In this document: in pieces, positions 8,432 to 18,071 of the stretch
How the letters are laid out: every line of letters starts with the position of its first letter
Numbering within the stretch: the first letter of the stretch is position 1
Origin: a virus
UHGV virus genome: UHGV-1269212
DNA: 39,691 nt
Reading direction: 5' to 3' (one strand)
Notes under the pieces: model-generated
What the model saw: only the letters and a program-made list of their open reading frames with translations
Told to the model about the DNA's origin: nothing
Databases searched by the model: none
Made by a program: the position numbers and the translations under genes

Positions 8432-10992
8432 TGGATAACATCAGAATTGCGATTTTAAGTGCAAATAACACGCCAGTAGCGTACATGGACAACGGGCATA
8501 AAAAATCCATGCACTACTGGGGAGACGAGCTGCACGAATACTTACAGGGTACGGCAAATACTTGCACTTTTACGGTAAATGCAAAGCATCCAGACGCGCA
8601 GCATATCACGGTCGGGAATAAGGTAGCGTTTACTTATAAAGGTAAATCTTACTACTTAAACATTGTAAATACAGACCAGACAGAACAGACAATCACAGCT
8701 ACGGTATGGTCGCTGTCGTTTGAGTTAATCAACGAGGATGCCGGCGAATATAAGGCAGAAAAAGCAATGAGCTTTGAAGAGTACCTTGCCGTGTTTGACG
8801 CAGAGAGAACGCTAAAATTAGGGCTTAATGAGGTATCAGATAAACGGATTGCCAATGAGTGGACAGGCACAACGTCCGTATTAAAGAGGTTATTCTCCCT
8901 GGCTAATGTCTTTTCTGCGGAGATCGAATTTGAGACAGTACTGAACAGAGACTACTCTTTAAAAGAGATTGTCCTAAATGTATATCGGAAACACTCCGAT
9001 ACAGACAGCGGAGTCGGAGAATACCGGAATGACATTGTACTGCGGTACGGGAAAGGAATTGCCGGAATCCGTAAGACCACGGATGCAGAAAAGTTATATA
9101 CATGCATCCAGCCGACCGGAAAGGATGGTCTGACAATCAATGGTCTGGACAAGAAAGAATACGATGAAAACGGGAATATTGAGTACTTTACAGACGGCGC
9201 AATCATCCGGGCACCACAGGCAAGAGACCGGTTTCCATCCAACATCGTAAATAAGGCTGATGCTTATATCCTGATGCGGAAAGAGTATGATACAGACAGC
9301 AAGGATAAGCTCTATAGCATGGCTCTGTCTGATCTTAAAACAGCATCCGAACCGGTGGTGACTTACGAGGTGGACGGATATTTTGACACCAACATCGGGG
9401 ATACGGTAAGGATGCAGGATCAGGAGTGGACACCAGTCCTTTATCTACAGGCAAGAGTATCAGAACAGATCAGGAGTCTTACCAATCCAAAAACTGCAAA
9501 GACGGTATTTACAAACTACAAAGAGCTGACATCGGAAATTTCGGACAGCTTATTACAGAGGATGCAAGACCTTATTAATAAAAATAAGGTTTATACTTGC
9601 TCTATCTCAACAAACAACGGCATTATCTTTAAAAACGGCATCGGGAGCACAACGCTGACAGCTTGCGCTTACGATAACGGCGTGGACGTGGCAGACAAGC
9701 TACAATTCCGGTGGAGCAAAGATGGCACAGAGTTTTATGTTGGTAAGAGTGTTACGGTAAATGCTACTGACGTGGATACCAAGGCGGTGTACTCTTTTGT
9801 AGCCACCGAAAATGGAATCCGGCGTGGATATTATGAGGTAACGATCACCAAGGTGGACGATGGAGCACCGGGAGACCCGGGAAAAAACGGAGATGATGGA
9901 AAAGACGGCGTAGGAATCGAGAGTGTGACCAAGTATTATCTGGCATCCGAGAAAAGCACAGGAATCACGACAACATCACCTGGGTGGACAACCTTGAAGC
10001 AAGATATGACCGAAACTAAGAAAAACCTATGGAGCTACGACCTTATCCGGTACACCAATAACACGGAAACCAAGACCACACCTGTGATTATTGGTGTGCG
10101 TGGAGACAACGGCGAGACAGGAGATAGCGGAATTATCATATCTCCGACAGCACCAGAACATCCAAAGGTTGGACAGCTTTGGCAGACAGCAAGCGGAGAG
10201 CCGATTAAGAGATGGGATGGAAGCAAGTGGGTGATCCATTATATCGCAGTCGAGAATCTGGACGTGCAAACGCTCAGTGCGATCGTTGCCAACCTTGGAA
10301 CTGTAACAGCCGGACTTATTAAGAGTAAGGGTGGACACTTTTACATAAATGTAGACACCGGAGAGATCGTGTCTAAAAGCAGTGACGGTACAATTTCCGT
10401 TTTTGTAAAAAAAGAGAATATTGACATGGTAAGATCGTTTACAGCGTCTAGGTACTGGGGGAGTCGATTAAACTACTCTGGATTAGAATTTTATTCCGGC
10501 GGCAGTAGCATGGCAGATGATATCGCGAATGGATCTATGGTATGCTCTATTCGCGGAGATGAGGAGATGCGTGACTTTTCGGTGACAAACATAAATGGAG
10601 ATAGCATATGGCTTATTAGGACAATTAAGCAGCTTACAAAATCTATCTCTTACGATTCCGGTACCGTGAAAGGTCCATATACAAGTGCAAACTCCAATAA
10701 TAACATCCGCGTGGAACTAAAAAGAAGAGGATTTATGGTAACATGCAAAATCACAATGATTGCACAGTTTCCGAGCAGCGGAAGATTTGGGGCATTCGAT
10801 GAAGTGAGAATCCCAGACGGGTATCGCCCGGTGTTTGATGTTTATGCGCCGTATATCGAAGCGTCCGGATCGTCAGTGTTTGGCGCTGGACGGTATATAA
10901 TTGGCAGTGATGGGGGAATTACAATTTTCGTTGAGAACCCGAATTGGACAGAGCGTCTCGCAACACTTACATGGATCACGGATAACAATTAA
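8431..10992 (+). CDS. Tail-associated protein (Tal; prophage tail endopeptidase-like N-terminus) with an internal collagen-like segment
   Basis: 853 aa; ATGA overlap with Dit; GAPGDPGKNGDDGKDGVG tract encoded at about 9850-9910. Confidence 0.55.
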   Translation: MDNIRIAILSANNTPVAYMDNGHKKSMHYWGDELHEYLQGTANTCTFTVNAKHPDAQHITVGNKVAFTYKGKSYYLNIVNTDQTEQTITATVWSLSFELINEDAGEYKAEKAMSFEEYLAVFDAERTLKLGLNEVSDKRIANEWTGTTSVLKRLFSLANVFSAEIEFETVLNRDYSLKEIVLNVYRKHSDTDSGVGEYRNDIVLRYGKGIAGIRKTTDAEKLYTCIQPTGKDGLTINGLDKKEYDENGNIEYFTDGAIIRAPQARDRFPSNIVNKADAYILMRKEYDTDSKDKLYSMALSDLKTASEPVVTYEVDGYFDTNIGDTVRMQDQEWTPVLYLQARVSEQIRSLTNPKTAKTVFTNYKELTSEISDSLLQRMQDLINKNKVYTCSISTNNGIIFKNGIGSTTLTACAYDNGVDVADKLQFRWSKDGTEFYVGKSVTVNATDVDTKAVYSFVATENGIRRGYYEVTITKVDDGAPGDPGKNGDDGKDGVGIESVTKYYLASEKSTGITTTSPGWTTLKQDMTETKKNLWSYDLIRYTNNTETKTTPVIIGVRGDNGETGDSGIIISPTAPEHPKVGQLWQTASGEPIKRWDGSKWVIHYIAVENLDVQTLSAIVANLGTVTAGLIKSKGGHFYINVDTGEIVSKSSDGTISVFVKKENIDMVRSFTASRYWGSRLNYSGLEFYSGGSSMADDIANGSMVCSIRGDEEMRDFSVTNINGDSIWLIRTIKQLTKSISYDSGTVKGPYTSANSNNNIRVELKRRGFMVTCKITMIAQFPSSGRFGAFDEVRIPDGYRPVFDVYAPYIEASGSSVFGAGRYIIGSDGGITIFVENPNWTERLATLTWITDNN

Positions 10993-11008
10993 GAGGGAGG
11001 TACAAACA

Positions 11009-13438
11009 TTGTATAATATAGTAACAGTAACTTTTAAGGATTCCAATACCGCAACGGCGAATGGAGTCCGGCAGTGGGACTATGGACAGATCTTAAGGAT
11101 ACAGGGTCTACAGCTCCCAACAGCAGTAGAGGTTCATTTTGCCCTCATAGACAGCAAAGATTCCGTAACGAGAATCGGAATAACAAAAGACGGAGTGACA
11201 GACGTTGTGATTCCGGACTCCATGATCGAGGCTGGGAAAAACATCTTTGCCTACGTCTATCTCAGGGATTCTGAATCTGGCCAGACAGAATATGAAATCA
11301 AGATTGTTGTAACCACAAGAGCGAAACCAGAAGCATTCGACACGCCAGAGGACAAGGAGCTATTTGCACAGGCAATCGAAGCAGTCAACGAAGCGGCAGA
11401 CCGGGCAGAGAAAGCCGGACAAGCTGCCACAGAAGCGGCAGGACAGGCGGCGGAAGATGCGCAGCAGACGGCGGAAGACCGGAAAGAAGTGGCTAAGATG
11501 GTAGAAACCGTCTCGGACATTTCGGAGCAGGTCAAAAAGGTTGAGGAATTAAGTAATAAAGTCCAAGAAGCAGCAACCAAAACCGGACAGGACGCACAGC
11601 AGACCGCAGAAGATCGTGTGGAAGTCGGTAAGATGCTGGAAACCGTCAGGGACGTATCCGAACAGGTAAAAAGCGTGGAAGAATCCGTCAGAAAAGCGAA
11701 GGAATCCGAACAGGCTGCGGCAGGACACAGAACCGCTGTGGAAGAAATGAAGAACAGTGTGGAGCAGACAGCAAGCACATTTCCGCAGAAAGTACAGGAA
11801 GGCGTGCAGGCGATCGAAAACGCCGGAGCGTCAGAAGTACAGGAAATCACCCAAGCCGGAACAGCTCAGAAAACAGCCGTAGAAGCCGCAGGGACGCAAG
11901 CAGTTGAGAGCGTGGAGAATGTGCAACAGGTAGCCACAGAAGCCGTGGAAACAGCGAAAACCGAAGCCGTACAGGCAGTACAGGCAGAGGGAGCGAAGCA
12001 GATCAAGGAAGTACAGGATAAAGGCGCAGAGGTATTGCAGTCTATTCCGGAAGACTTTGCAACGCAGATGGAAACTAAGCTGAATAAACAGCAGGGAATC
12101 GAGAACAAGGGTAAAGTTCTTGTGATCGAAGAAGATGGTAATGTAGTGCCTGGAGAAGTCGCTAGTGGTGGCGGAGATGGTATTGCAATTATAAACACCA
12201 TGAGTGGAGAAAGCCCACTTGTGATACCGGATAGTGCTGAGAGAGTAAATAAGGGGTTGGAGCTTGGTGGGAAGACGGAGCAGGTGACGACTACGGGAGC
12301 GCAGTTGTTCGATAAAGAAAATCTCGTAGTTGGTGTTCTTGAGTATGATGGAAGCATTGTATATAGTAATGGTTATTATACGAGTGACTATATTGCGGTA
12401 GAGCCTAATACAAAATACATCTGTACGAGAACTGGGTCAAAGAGGCTCAAATTTTACAGCGCAGATAAACAGCCTATCCAAACGGTTAGTTTTAGCGATG
12501 CTAATGTTGAGAAAGGTGGTAGTTTCACTACGAGAGAAACGACAAAATATGTGAGATTTTCTGTTGTGGGAGATTATATTAATACGGTCATGTTTACTTC
12601 AGGGATAAGTTTTTTACCTTACGAACCCTACACAGGCGGTAAACCATCCCCATCTTTAGAATATGAGCAGGAGGTCAAGAACGCCGGAAAGTGGAATGAG
12701 GGAACGCAGAAGTATGAAGTGGATGTGAAAGTTACCAACGCCGAGCAGAATTGGAGCAAAGAACAAACCCTCACTCTCACATCCGACCGCCCTCTCACAA
12801 AGTGGGACAGACTGGTAGAGCAGGGTGGACAGATTGGGTGGTTGTATGGGAGCGTGATAGCAACAATTGATGAAACCGCTGACATTTCTTTGTATGCGCC
12901 CAACGGATTCTTTATTCACGTCAAAAATATTGACAAGAAAGAAAAAACTGGATATTGCGACAAGTTGTACACAAAGAAAATGTCGAACGGGGAACCATTT
13001 GTCTTATTCGGGATTGCCAATAATAATTTTCTTTATACGCTTAACACTCAAGAGTTTTACGGGAAAACAGCTTCTGAAATTAAAGCAAAATTGAAAGAAT
13101 ACCCACTCAATATTATCGGAAAATCAGAAACCACCGAATTCGTCCCACTCCCACAATCCGAGCAGAACGCTATCCAAGCCTTAAAAACCTACTACCCTAC
13201 CACAGTAATCACGGTGGATGGTGGAGAAGTTGACCCAGATATTAAAGTAACATATACGGCGGATACAAAGAACTACATTGATGGAAAAGTGTCTGCAAAA
13301 GTGGCGAGCATTATAAGACAATATCGATTAAATACGGCAAATCTGCTATCTTTAATGCCTATGGAGACACAGGCAGCAATGATAGAAAATGATACAAATA
13401 ACATTTTAGAAAACGCGGAGGAAATGAAACGTGAATAA
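11009..13438 (+). CDS. Baseplate upper protein / tail fibre (BppU-like N-terminus, long Ala/Gln/Glu coiled coil, C-terminal putative receptor-binding domain)
   Basis: TTG start 8 nt after GAGGGAGG, in frame with the longer track ORF. Two copies of a 45-aa repeat (DAQQTAEDRKEVAKMVETVSDISEQVKKVEE...). About 300-aa non-repeat C-terminus. Confidence 0.5.
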   Translation: MYNIVTVTFKDSNTATANGVRQWDYGQILRIQGLQLPTAVEVHFALIDSKDSVTRIGITKDGVTDVVIPDSMIEAGKNIFAYVYLRDSESGQTEYEIKIVVTTRAKPEAFDTPEDKELFAQAIEAVNEAADRAEKAGQAATEAAGQAAEDAQQTAEDRKEVAKMVETVSDISEQVKKVEELSNKVQEAATKTGQDAQQTAEDRVEVGKMLETVRDVSEQVKSVEESVRKAKESEQAAAGHRTAVEEMKNSVEQTASTFPQKVQEGVQAIENAGASEVQEITQAGTAQKTAVEAAGTQAVESVENVQQVATEAVETAKTEAVQAVQAEGAKQIKEVQDKGAEVLQSIPEDFATQMETKLNKQQGIENKGKVLVIEEDGNVVPGEVASGGGDGIAIINTMSGESPLVIPDSAERVNKGLELGGKTEQVTTTGAQLFDKENLVVGVLEYDGSIVYSNGYYTSDYIAVEPNTKYICTRTGSKRLKFYSADKQPIQTVSFSDANVEKGGSFTTRETTKYVRFSVVGDYINTVMFTSGISFLPYEPYTGGKPSPSLEYEQEVKNAGKWNEGTQKYEVDVKVTNAEQNWSKEQTLTLTSDRPLTKWDRLVEQGGQIGWLYGSVIATIDETADISLYAPNGFFIHVKNIDKKEKTGYCDKLYTKKMSNGEPFVLFGIANNNFLYTLNTQEFYGKTASEIKAKLKEYPLNIIGKSETTEFVPLPQSEQNAIQALKTYYPTTVITVDGGEVDPDIKVTYTADTKNYIDGKVSAKVASIIRQYRLNTANLLSLMPMETQAAMIENDTNNILENAEEMKRE

Positions 13439-13613
13439 CATAGTAATCGTAAAATTAATGACAAATTTGATTGAAAAGAAGTTTTACAACACAAAGGATG
13501 AAGCGGTTGCAAAACTGGATGTCTATTTCGCTATGAACCGCATCAGCGAGGAAGAATACGCAACTCTAACACTTCTGGCAGAGACAACTTACGCAGAAGT
13601 ACAGACTGTTTAG
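13431..13613 (+). CDS. XkdX-like small phage protein
   Basis: 60 aa; GTG start 9 nt after GGAGG; C-terminal ISEEEYATLT motif; PBSX-like position between the fibre and lysis genes. Confidence 0.35.
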   Translation: MNNIVIVKLMTNLIEKKFYNTKDEAVAKLDVYFAMNRISEEEYATLTLLAETTYAEVQTV

Positions 13614-13696
13614 ACATTTTTATAGGTGGCGAATATGGAGATCAGGGCAAGACCGTAATGGTCTTATTTTTATACTTTAAAAACCGGAGGGAAAAC

Positions 13697-13978
13697 ATGA
13701 CAGAAAATGAAGTAGAAGTGAAACTTGCAGAGCACGGAAAAGAAATCGGCTCATTAAAGCATCGAATGAAAGAAGCAGAGGACGTTGTGAGCGTGGTACA
13801 TCAACTGGCACAAGAAATGGTAGGGCTAACCAAAGAGGTCGGCTTCATGAACCAGACGTTGGTACAACTCACCGCAAAGGTGACGCATCTTGAGCAGACA
13901 CCAGCTAAGAGATGGGATGGGGTTGTTACCGCTCTCATTGGAGCTATTATCGGTGCAGTAGCAGCAATGCTTTTTTAA
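13697..13978 (+). CDS. XhlA-like haemolysin / lysis accessory protein
   Basis: GGAGGGAAAAC RBS; 93 aa; N-terminal coiled coil with a single C-terminal TM helix (VVTALIGAIIGAVAAMLF). Confidence 0.5.
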   Translation: MTENEVEVKLAEHGKEIGSLKHRMKEAEDVVSVVHQLAQEMVGLTKEVGFMNQTLVQLTAKVTHLEQTPAKRWDGVVTALIGAIIGAVAAMLF

Positions 13979-13990
13979 GGAGGTAGAACC

Positions 13991-14239
13991 ATGAAAAAAA
14001 TCAATTGGATTGTAAGAATCAAAAACAAGGCTTTCTGGGTGGCACTGATCCCGGCAATCTTACTGTTGATACAGGCAATTGCGGCAGTGTTTGGGCTTAA
14101 CATCAACCTTGGAGACCTTGGTGATAAGCTATTAACCGTAATCAATGCGCTCTTTGCAGTGCTGGCGATCCTCGGTGTAGTGGTAGACCCAACGACACCT
14201 GGAACAGGAGATTCGGAGAGGGCACTTACATATAAGTAA
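13991..14239 (+). CDS. Holin (SPP1 / phage_holin_1-like)
   Basis: AAGGAGG RBS; 82 aa; MKKINWIVRIKNKAFWVALIPAILLLIQ start with two TM segments. Confidence 0.7.
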   Translation: MKKINWIVRIKNKAFWVALIPAILLLIQAIAAVFGLNINLGDLGDKLLTVINALFAVLAILGVVVDPTTPGTGDSERALTYK

Positions 14240-14245
14240 ATAGCT

Positions 14246-14275
14246 AGAGAGCTTGGAAACAGGCTCTCTTTTATT
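14246..14275 (+). terminator. Hairpin AGAGAGC-N10-GCTCTCT followed by a TTTATT run (intrinsic terminator after the holin)
   Basis: 7-bp stem with a U-rich tail, seen directly. Confidence 0.45.
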
Positions 14276-14306
14276 GTGCGACATCGCACGGAAAGGAGTT
14301 AAAATC

Positions 14307-14573
14307 ATGGGAAGCAAGGAATTTTTAAACATTTGCAAGGCAAAGGTAGCAGATTATTTTAACCAGAATAAAGACAAGACTGATACATCTGACAACATGA
14401 CGGTAGATGATGTATTTGTGGTTTGGTATTGTAAGACACTGCAAAATCACAAGGCGCTGCTTAGTACGCCGGTAAGTGATGGAATGTATTATGAGATCAC
14501 ATACAACGGAGATAAAAACGAGTTATATTTTGATGCTTATAAAAAGTGGAAAAACATTAAATACGATATGTAA
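14307..14573 (+). CDS. Hypothetical protein in the lysis cassette
   Basis: GGAAAGGAG RBS; 88 aa; preceded by the GTGCGACATCGCAC dyad. Confidence 0.4.
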   Translation: MGSKEFLNICKAKVADYFNQNKDKTDTSDNMTVDDVFVVWYCKTLQNHKALLSTPVSDGMYYEITYNGDKNELYFDAYKKWKNIKYDM

Positions 14574-14607
14574 GTTGTGCGACATCTCACAGAAGGGAGG
14601 CGAGATC

Positions 14608-14694
14608 ATGAGCGAACAGAACGAATTTGGCAGAACAACAGCAGAAGAACTGGAAAAAGCGTTTGAGACAGAAGAGCAGGAGGAACACAAGTAA
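14608..14694 (+). CDS. Small acidic peptide (28 aa) ending at the endolysin start
   Basis: GAAGGGAGG RBS 7 nt upstream of ATG 14608. The track ORF 14476..14694 is its in-frame extension, which has no RBS. Its stop overlaps the endolysin ATG (TAATG). Confidence 0.3.
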   Translation: MSEQNEFGRTTAEELEKAFETEEQEEHK

Positions 14695-15500
14695 TGAAAA
14701 TCGGTTTAAGAGGAGGCCACTCTCCGAATTGCAAGGGTGCGATCGGTCTGATTGATGAGCAGGCAGAAGTGCGGAAGATTTACAATGAGCTTGTACCAAT
14801 GCTGCAGGCTGTCGGTCATACTGTGGTTGACTGCAATTCCAACGCATCCAATGTGTCTGGCGAGCTGACTGACGGCACAAATAAGGCGAATGGAGCAGGA
14901 TGCGATATTTATGTCACCTTGCACATGAACGCCGCAGGAGCGACATCAGCAGGGGGCACAGAGGTGTGGTTATATGATGCATCTAACCAGACCATGAACA
15001 CGATCGCAAGCAACATCTGTAATAATTTTGCAGGAAAAGGATTTACTAACCGTGGTGTAAAGTACAGTTCGGGATACCATGATCTGAATGTATCTAATAT
15101 GCCTGGCATGATCGTGGAGACATTATTCTGCACTGGCACAGGTGATGTGGCCAGATATCGAAATTTAGGTACAAAAGGAATTGCTGAGCTGATTGCAAAG
15201 GCAATCGACAGTAGAGCGTCTGCATGCAGCGAACAAAAAAATAACCAGAATACAGGAATCGAACAGGAAGGAGAAGAAGAGATGAAATGTTTATTTACAG
15301 TAGAGGGAAAAGGTGCAGTGTATTATTTTGACGGTCAAAAAGTAATAACATTGGGTCATCCAGACGAATTAAAAATCATCCAGCAGATTTACAAGGACAA
15401 CAATGGTAAGGACATGCCGTGTTACAAGTGGAGTCCTAAAGCGCCATGGTATGCAAGGCTCATGTCGGTAATTTACAGTAAAGAGACCACATCTATTTAA
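14694..15500 (+). CDS. Endolysin: N-acetylmuramoyl-L-alanine amidase (Amidase_3-like) with a C-terminal cell-wall-binding region
   Basis: N-terminus MKIGLRGGHSPNCKGAIG..E...N...........DIYVTLHMNA... is typical of MurNAc-LAA. Confidence 0.75.
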   Translation: MKIGLRGGHSPNCKGAIGLIDEQAEVRKIYNELVPMLQAVGHTVVDCNSNASNVSGELTDGTNKANGAGCDIYVTLHMNAAGATSAGGTEVWLYDASNQTMNTIASNICNNFAGKGFTNRGVKYSSGYHDLNVSNMPGMIVETLFCTGTGDVARYRNLGTKGIAELIAKAIDSRASACSEQKNNQNTGIEQEGEEEMKCLFTVEGKGAVYYFDGQKVITLGHPDELKIIQQIYKDNNGKDMPCYKWSPKAPWYARLMSVIYSKETTSI

Positions 15501-15507
15501 TAAAAAT

Positions 15508-15534
15508 CCCCTCGGAGATCAGCTCTCTGAGGGG
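15508..15534 (-). terminator. Strong hairpin CCCCTCGGAGA..TCTCTGAGGGG; the minus strand follows it with ATTTTTATT
   Basis: Stem of about 11 bp. The U-run is on the minus-strand side, so it likely stops leftward (int) transcription; on the + strand it may also help stop lysis readthrough. Confidence 0.45.
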
Positions 15535-15572
15535 TGAATATTGTATCAATCTTATTGAATAAAAACATTCTA

Positions 15573-15791
15573 TTTACAACACACTTACAACAAAAATGCC
15601 AACAAAGCCCGTAAAACCGTCAATAATATTTAAGCAATCTTAAGATTTATTGATTTTCAAAGATTCCCGTGGTTGACGCAAAAACTTCAAAAAACGTGTC
15701 AACCACGGGCTTTTTGTCGAATAAAATGCAATCAAAAAAGAATTGATTTCAGGTAGAATAATCGAACCGTTTACAACACACTTACAACAAA
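15573..15791. repeat. attP-like region: 22-bp perfect direct repeat TTTACAACACACTTACAACAAA at 15573-15594 and 15770-15791
   Basis: Identical 22-mers 197 bp apart flank the terminator. The second copy overlaps the integrase stop codon (TTA at 15782-15784). Confidence 0.45.
15666..15715 (+). terminator. Intrinsic terminator with a 12-bp perfect stem (CCCGTGGTTGAC / GTCAACCACGGG) and a TTTTT tail
   Basis: Seen directly; terminates the rightward late/lysis operon inside the att region. Confidence 0.7.
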
Positions 15792-16936
15792 TTGATTTCT
15801 ATTTTTTCAATCTCATTTCTTAAGTCTTCCAATGTCCGGTGACCATATGTGTCATTTGTAATATCACCTATCTTATGTCCAAGCATTCTTTTTCGATCAT
15901 TCTCCGCGACTTTATATTTTTCGCACAATTTTGAAAATGTGTGCCGGCAATCATGTGGAGTATGCTTTTCAATTCCAAGTGCGGACAGTTGCGCATACAT
16001 CTTATCCCGGAATATATCGATTCTATCAGGCAGGATATAACCCTGTACTTTTATCCTGTGCTTTACAAGATTTAAAATCCCGGAATAAATCGGAACGGTT
16101 CTGTTTTTCCCAGCATCCGTTTTGATACCACCCAAAAAATAACGTTCTTTCAAATGGACTTCTAAAGTCTTATATTCAGAGATTCGAAAGCCGGAGTAGC
16201 ACATGATCAGAATCATCTCGGACACTTCATTTTCTTTTGTTTCCCACAATTTCTTCAAATCTTCATCAGTAAATGGAATGCCATGCTCGTCATCGTCATC
16301 CTGTGTGATTTCGACATAAGACGAATAATCTTTTGTACATAAATTGTTTGCCATAGCATACTTGTACATGTGATAGTATAGATTTTGGATGTGTTCTATG
16401 CTGGCGTGTCTGAGTGGACAAGCGTCCATTACTTCCTGTAGATCGTCTGTAACAAGCTCTGCGAAAATTCTGTTGTGTAGGGCAGCAGAGTTCTTGAATC
16501 CTGCGCGTAGCGTATATTCTAAGCTGGTACGTTTTACTTTTTTCGCATCGTATTCATGCCCAAACTTTTTAACATTGAATTTCCGGTATACTTCCGCAAA
16601 TGTTAATTGTGGCTCTTCCTTTGATTTAATTCCTTGCACCTGATTATAATTTGCAAGCAGAGACTGGATAAAATCCTCCGCATTCTTTTTGTCATCCACC
16701 TGGATATCATTTTCCATGCCGGGAGTATAGGTGCCGGCTTTGTATGCTGTCAGTACTGCGAAGCCGATCATCCAGTCAGAAACATAGCATATTGCTTTCT
16801 GTGGCTTCATTTGCCCGTTTTCGTATTCTTCTTTAGCTGGCGGGTAAACGCCGTAAGGATTGCGGCGCCCTTTGCCGAGAAAGCGTATCTGACCGTAACC
16901 ATTGGGCAAACGAGGATGCTTTTTTCTTTTGGCCAT
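15782..16936 (-). CDS. int: Tyrosine recombinase / phage integrase
   Basis: AAAGGAGATGATTAT-ATG RBS at 16936; 384 aa; C-terminal HDCRHTF...LGHK...YGH catalytic motifs (R, HxxR, Y). Confidence 0.85.
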   Translation of the reverse strand: MAKRKKHPRLPNGYGQIRFLGKGRRNPYGVYPPAKEEYENGQMKPQKAICYVSDWMIGFAVLTAYKAGTYTPGMENDIQVDDKKNAEDFIQSLLANYNQVQGIKSKEEPQLTFAEVYRKFNVKKFGHEYDAKKVKRTSLEYTLRAGFKNSAALHNRIFAELVTDDLQEVMDACPLRHASIEHIQNLYYHMYKYAMANNLCTKDYSSYVEITQDDDDEHGIPFTDEDLKKLWETKENEVSEMILIMCYSGFRISEYKTLEVHLKERYFLGGIKTDAGKNRTVPIYSGILNLVKHRIKVQGYILPDRIDIFRDKMYAQLSALGIEKHTPHDCRHTFSKLCEKYKVAENDRKRMLGHKIGDITNDTYGHRTLEDLRNEIEKIEINLL

Positions 16937-17097
16937 ATAATCATCTCCTTTAAATTTAGGTATAAAAATAACAGCCAGCGCAAAACAAACGTTCCGCTTG
17001 CATGACTGCTCCGAAGATGATACAATATTCTTGGATTTCAATCGCATATCTTCGGATGTGTAGACCGTCTCTGTTGGCGCAGGGGCGGTTTTTTTAT

Positions 17098-17430
17098 TTA
17101 GTCTATAGGGACAGCGTATCCTTCTTTGATAGCGCTACTCTTTTTGCATGCTGAACATTTCACCGCTGTCTTATTCTTCGAAACTTCACACGTTTTTCCG
17201 CAATAAGGGCATGTCACCTTCACACCTCCGACAATCTTTTGAATGCCCGCCATAATAAAGCTCATTCCGAAAATCAATAATCCAACTCCTGGTAGGATAA
17301 AGATAAAGAAACCTATAATTGAAAATGGGAATATGAATATTCCTCCAAGTATTATTAGAAATAGTCCTAAAATCCAATTTGGTTTAACAGTTTCAAGTTT
17401 CGTTTTTTCTGGATTCACTCTACAATCCAT
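17098..17430 (-). CDS. Membrane protein with two TM helices and a C-terminal zinc ribbon (CPYCG...CSAC); lysogeny-side moron
   Basis: 110 aa; own promoter/leader module shared with the next gene. Confidence 0.5.
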   Translation of the reverse strand: MDCRVNPEKTKLETVKPNWILGLFLIILGGIFIFPFSIIGFFIFILPGVGLLIFGMSFIMAGIQKIVGGVKVTCPYCGKTCEVSKNKTAVKCSACKKSSAIKEGYAVPID

Positions 17431-17513
17431 ATAAATTACCTCTCTTTCCCGTCACTTCAACACGACTTTTACTATATATAAACGCCGTCCTTGTATTGGA
17501 ACATAGGCTGTTT

Positions 17514-18071
17514 TTATTGTACTGCTAATTCAAATTTCGCTTTATGCTCATTATAGTCGTCATCGTAAACTGAAACGATTACTGAGATTTTATCGCTTAC
17601 GTTATTTAAGCCATACGCATCCTGTGCGCCTGCACATTTCGCTCCTTGTGGAGTGGATTGTGGAAGATTGGTTACTCCAGCAGGATATGTGTCAGCCACC
17701 TCTCCGTTTGCATCTATTACTTTAAAGTTGTCAATATACAAATCATCATCTAGTCCTATATTTTCATAATCATAATTGAGAACCACTACTTGAGCTGGAG
17801 ACTTTTCAGAAAACTGGTTTCTCTCATCAGTTGGCGTCGCAGCAGTAAAGGTGAGTGAGAACAATCCATCAACATTCCAAGTTTCACCGTTTGTATAAAC
17901 TTTATCCTCTGCCAGCTTCTCGGGTTCTATTTTCCCATCATCGACTTCTTCTTTGACAGTTTCTTCCTTTGGAGCTTCTTCTTTCTTTACTTCCTTACTT
18001 TCTCCTCCACAAGCTATAACTGATAACGACATGGTTACCGCCAATAATAATACTACAATTTTCTTTTTCAT
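17514..18071 (-). CDS. Lipoprotein (signal peptide with LSVIAC lipobox; DUF4352-like Ig-fold domain); lysogeny-side moron
   Basis: MKKKIVVLLLAVTMSLSVIACGG start; acidic linker; the VVVLNYDYENIG region resembles DUF4352. Confidence 0.55.
   Translation of the reverse strand: MKKKIVVLLLAVTMSLSVIACGGESKEVKKEEAPKEETVKEEVDDGKIEPEKLAEDKVYTNGETWNVDGLFSLTFTAATPTDERNQFSEKSPAQVVVLNYDYENIGLDDDLYIDNFKVIDANGEVADTYPAGVTNLPQSTPQGAKCAGAQDAYGLNNVSDKISVIVSVYDDDYNEHKAKFELAVQ

Noticed and set aside
11009-13700. Possible diversity-generating retroelement targeting the fibre C-terminus
   Set aside because: No reverse-transcriptase ORF anywhere in the window, and no template/variable repeat pair near the 3' end of the fibre gene.
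14476-14694. 72-aa version of the ORF preceding the endolysin
   Set aside because: The strong RBS (GAAGGGAGG) is positioned for the internal ATG at 14608. The upstream extension has no RBS and overlaps the stop region of the previous gene.
15541-15791. Host DNA or attL/attR junctions at the integrase end
   Set aside because: Phage genes continue on both sides, with lysis genes upstream and the integrase downstream. The region reads as internal attP rather than a prophage–host boundary.
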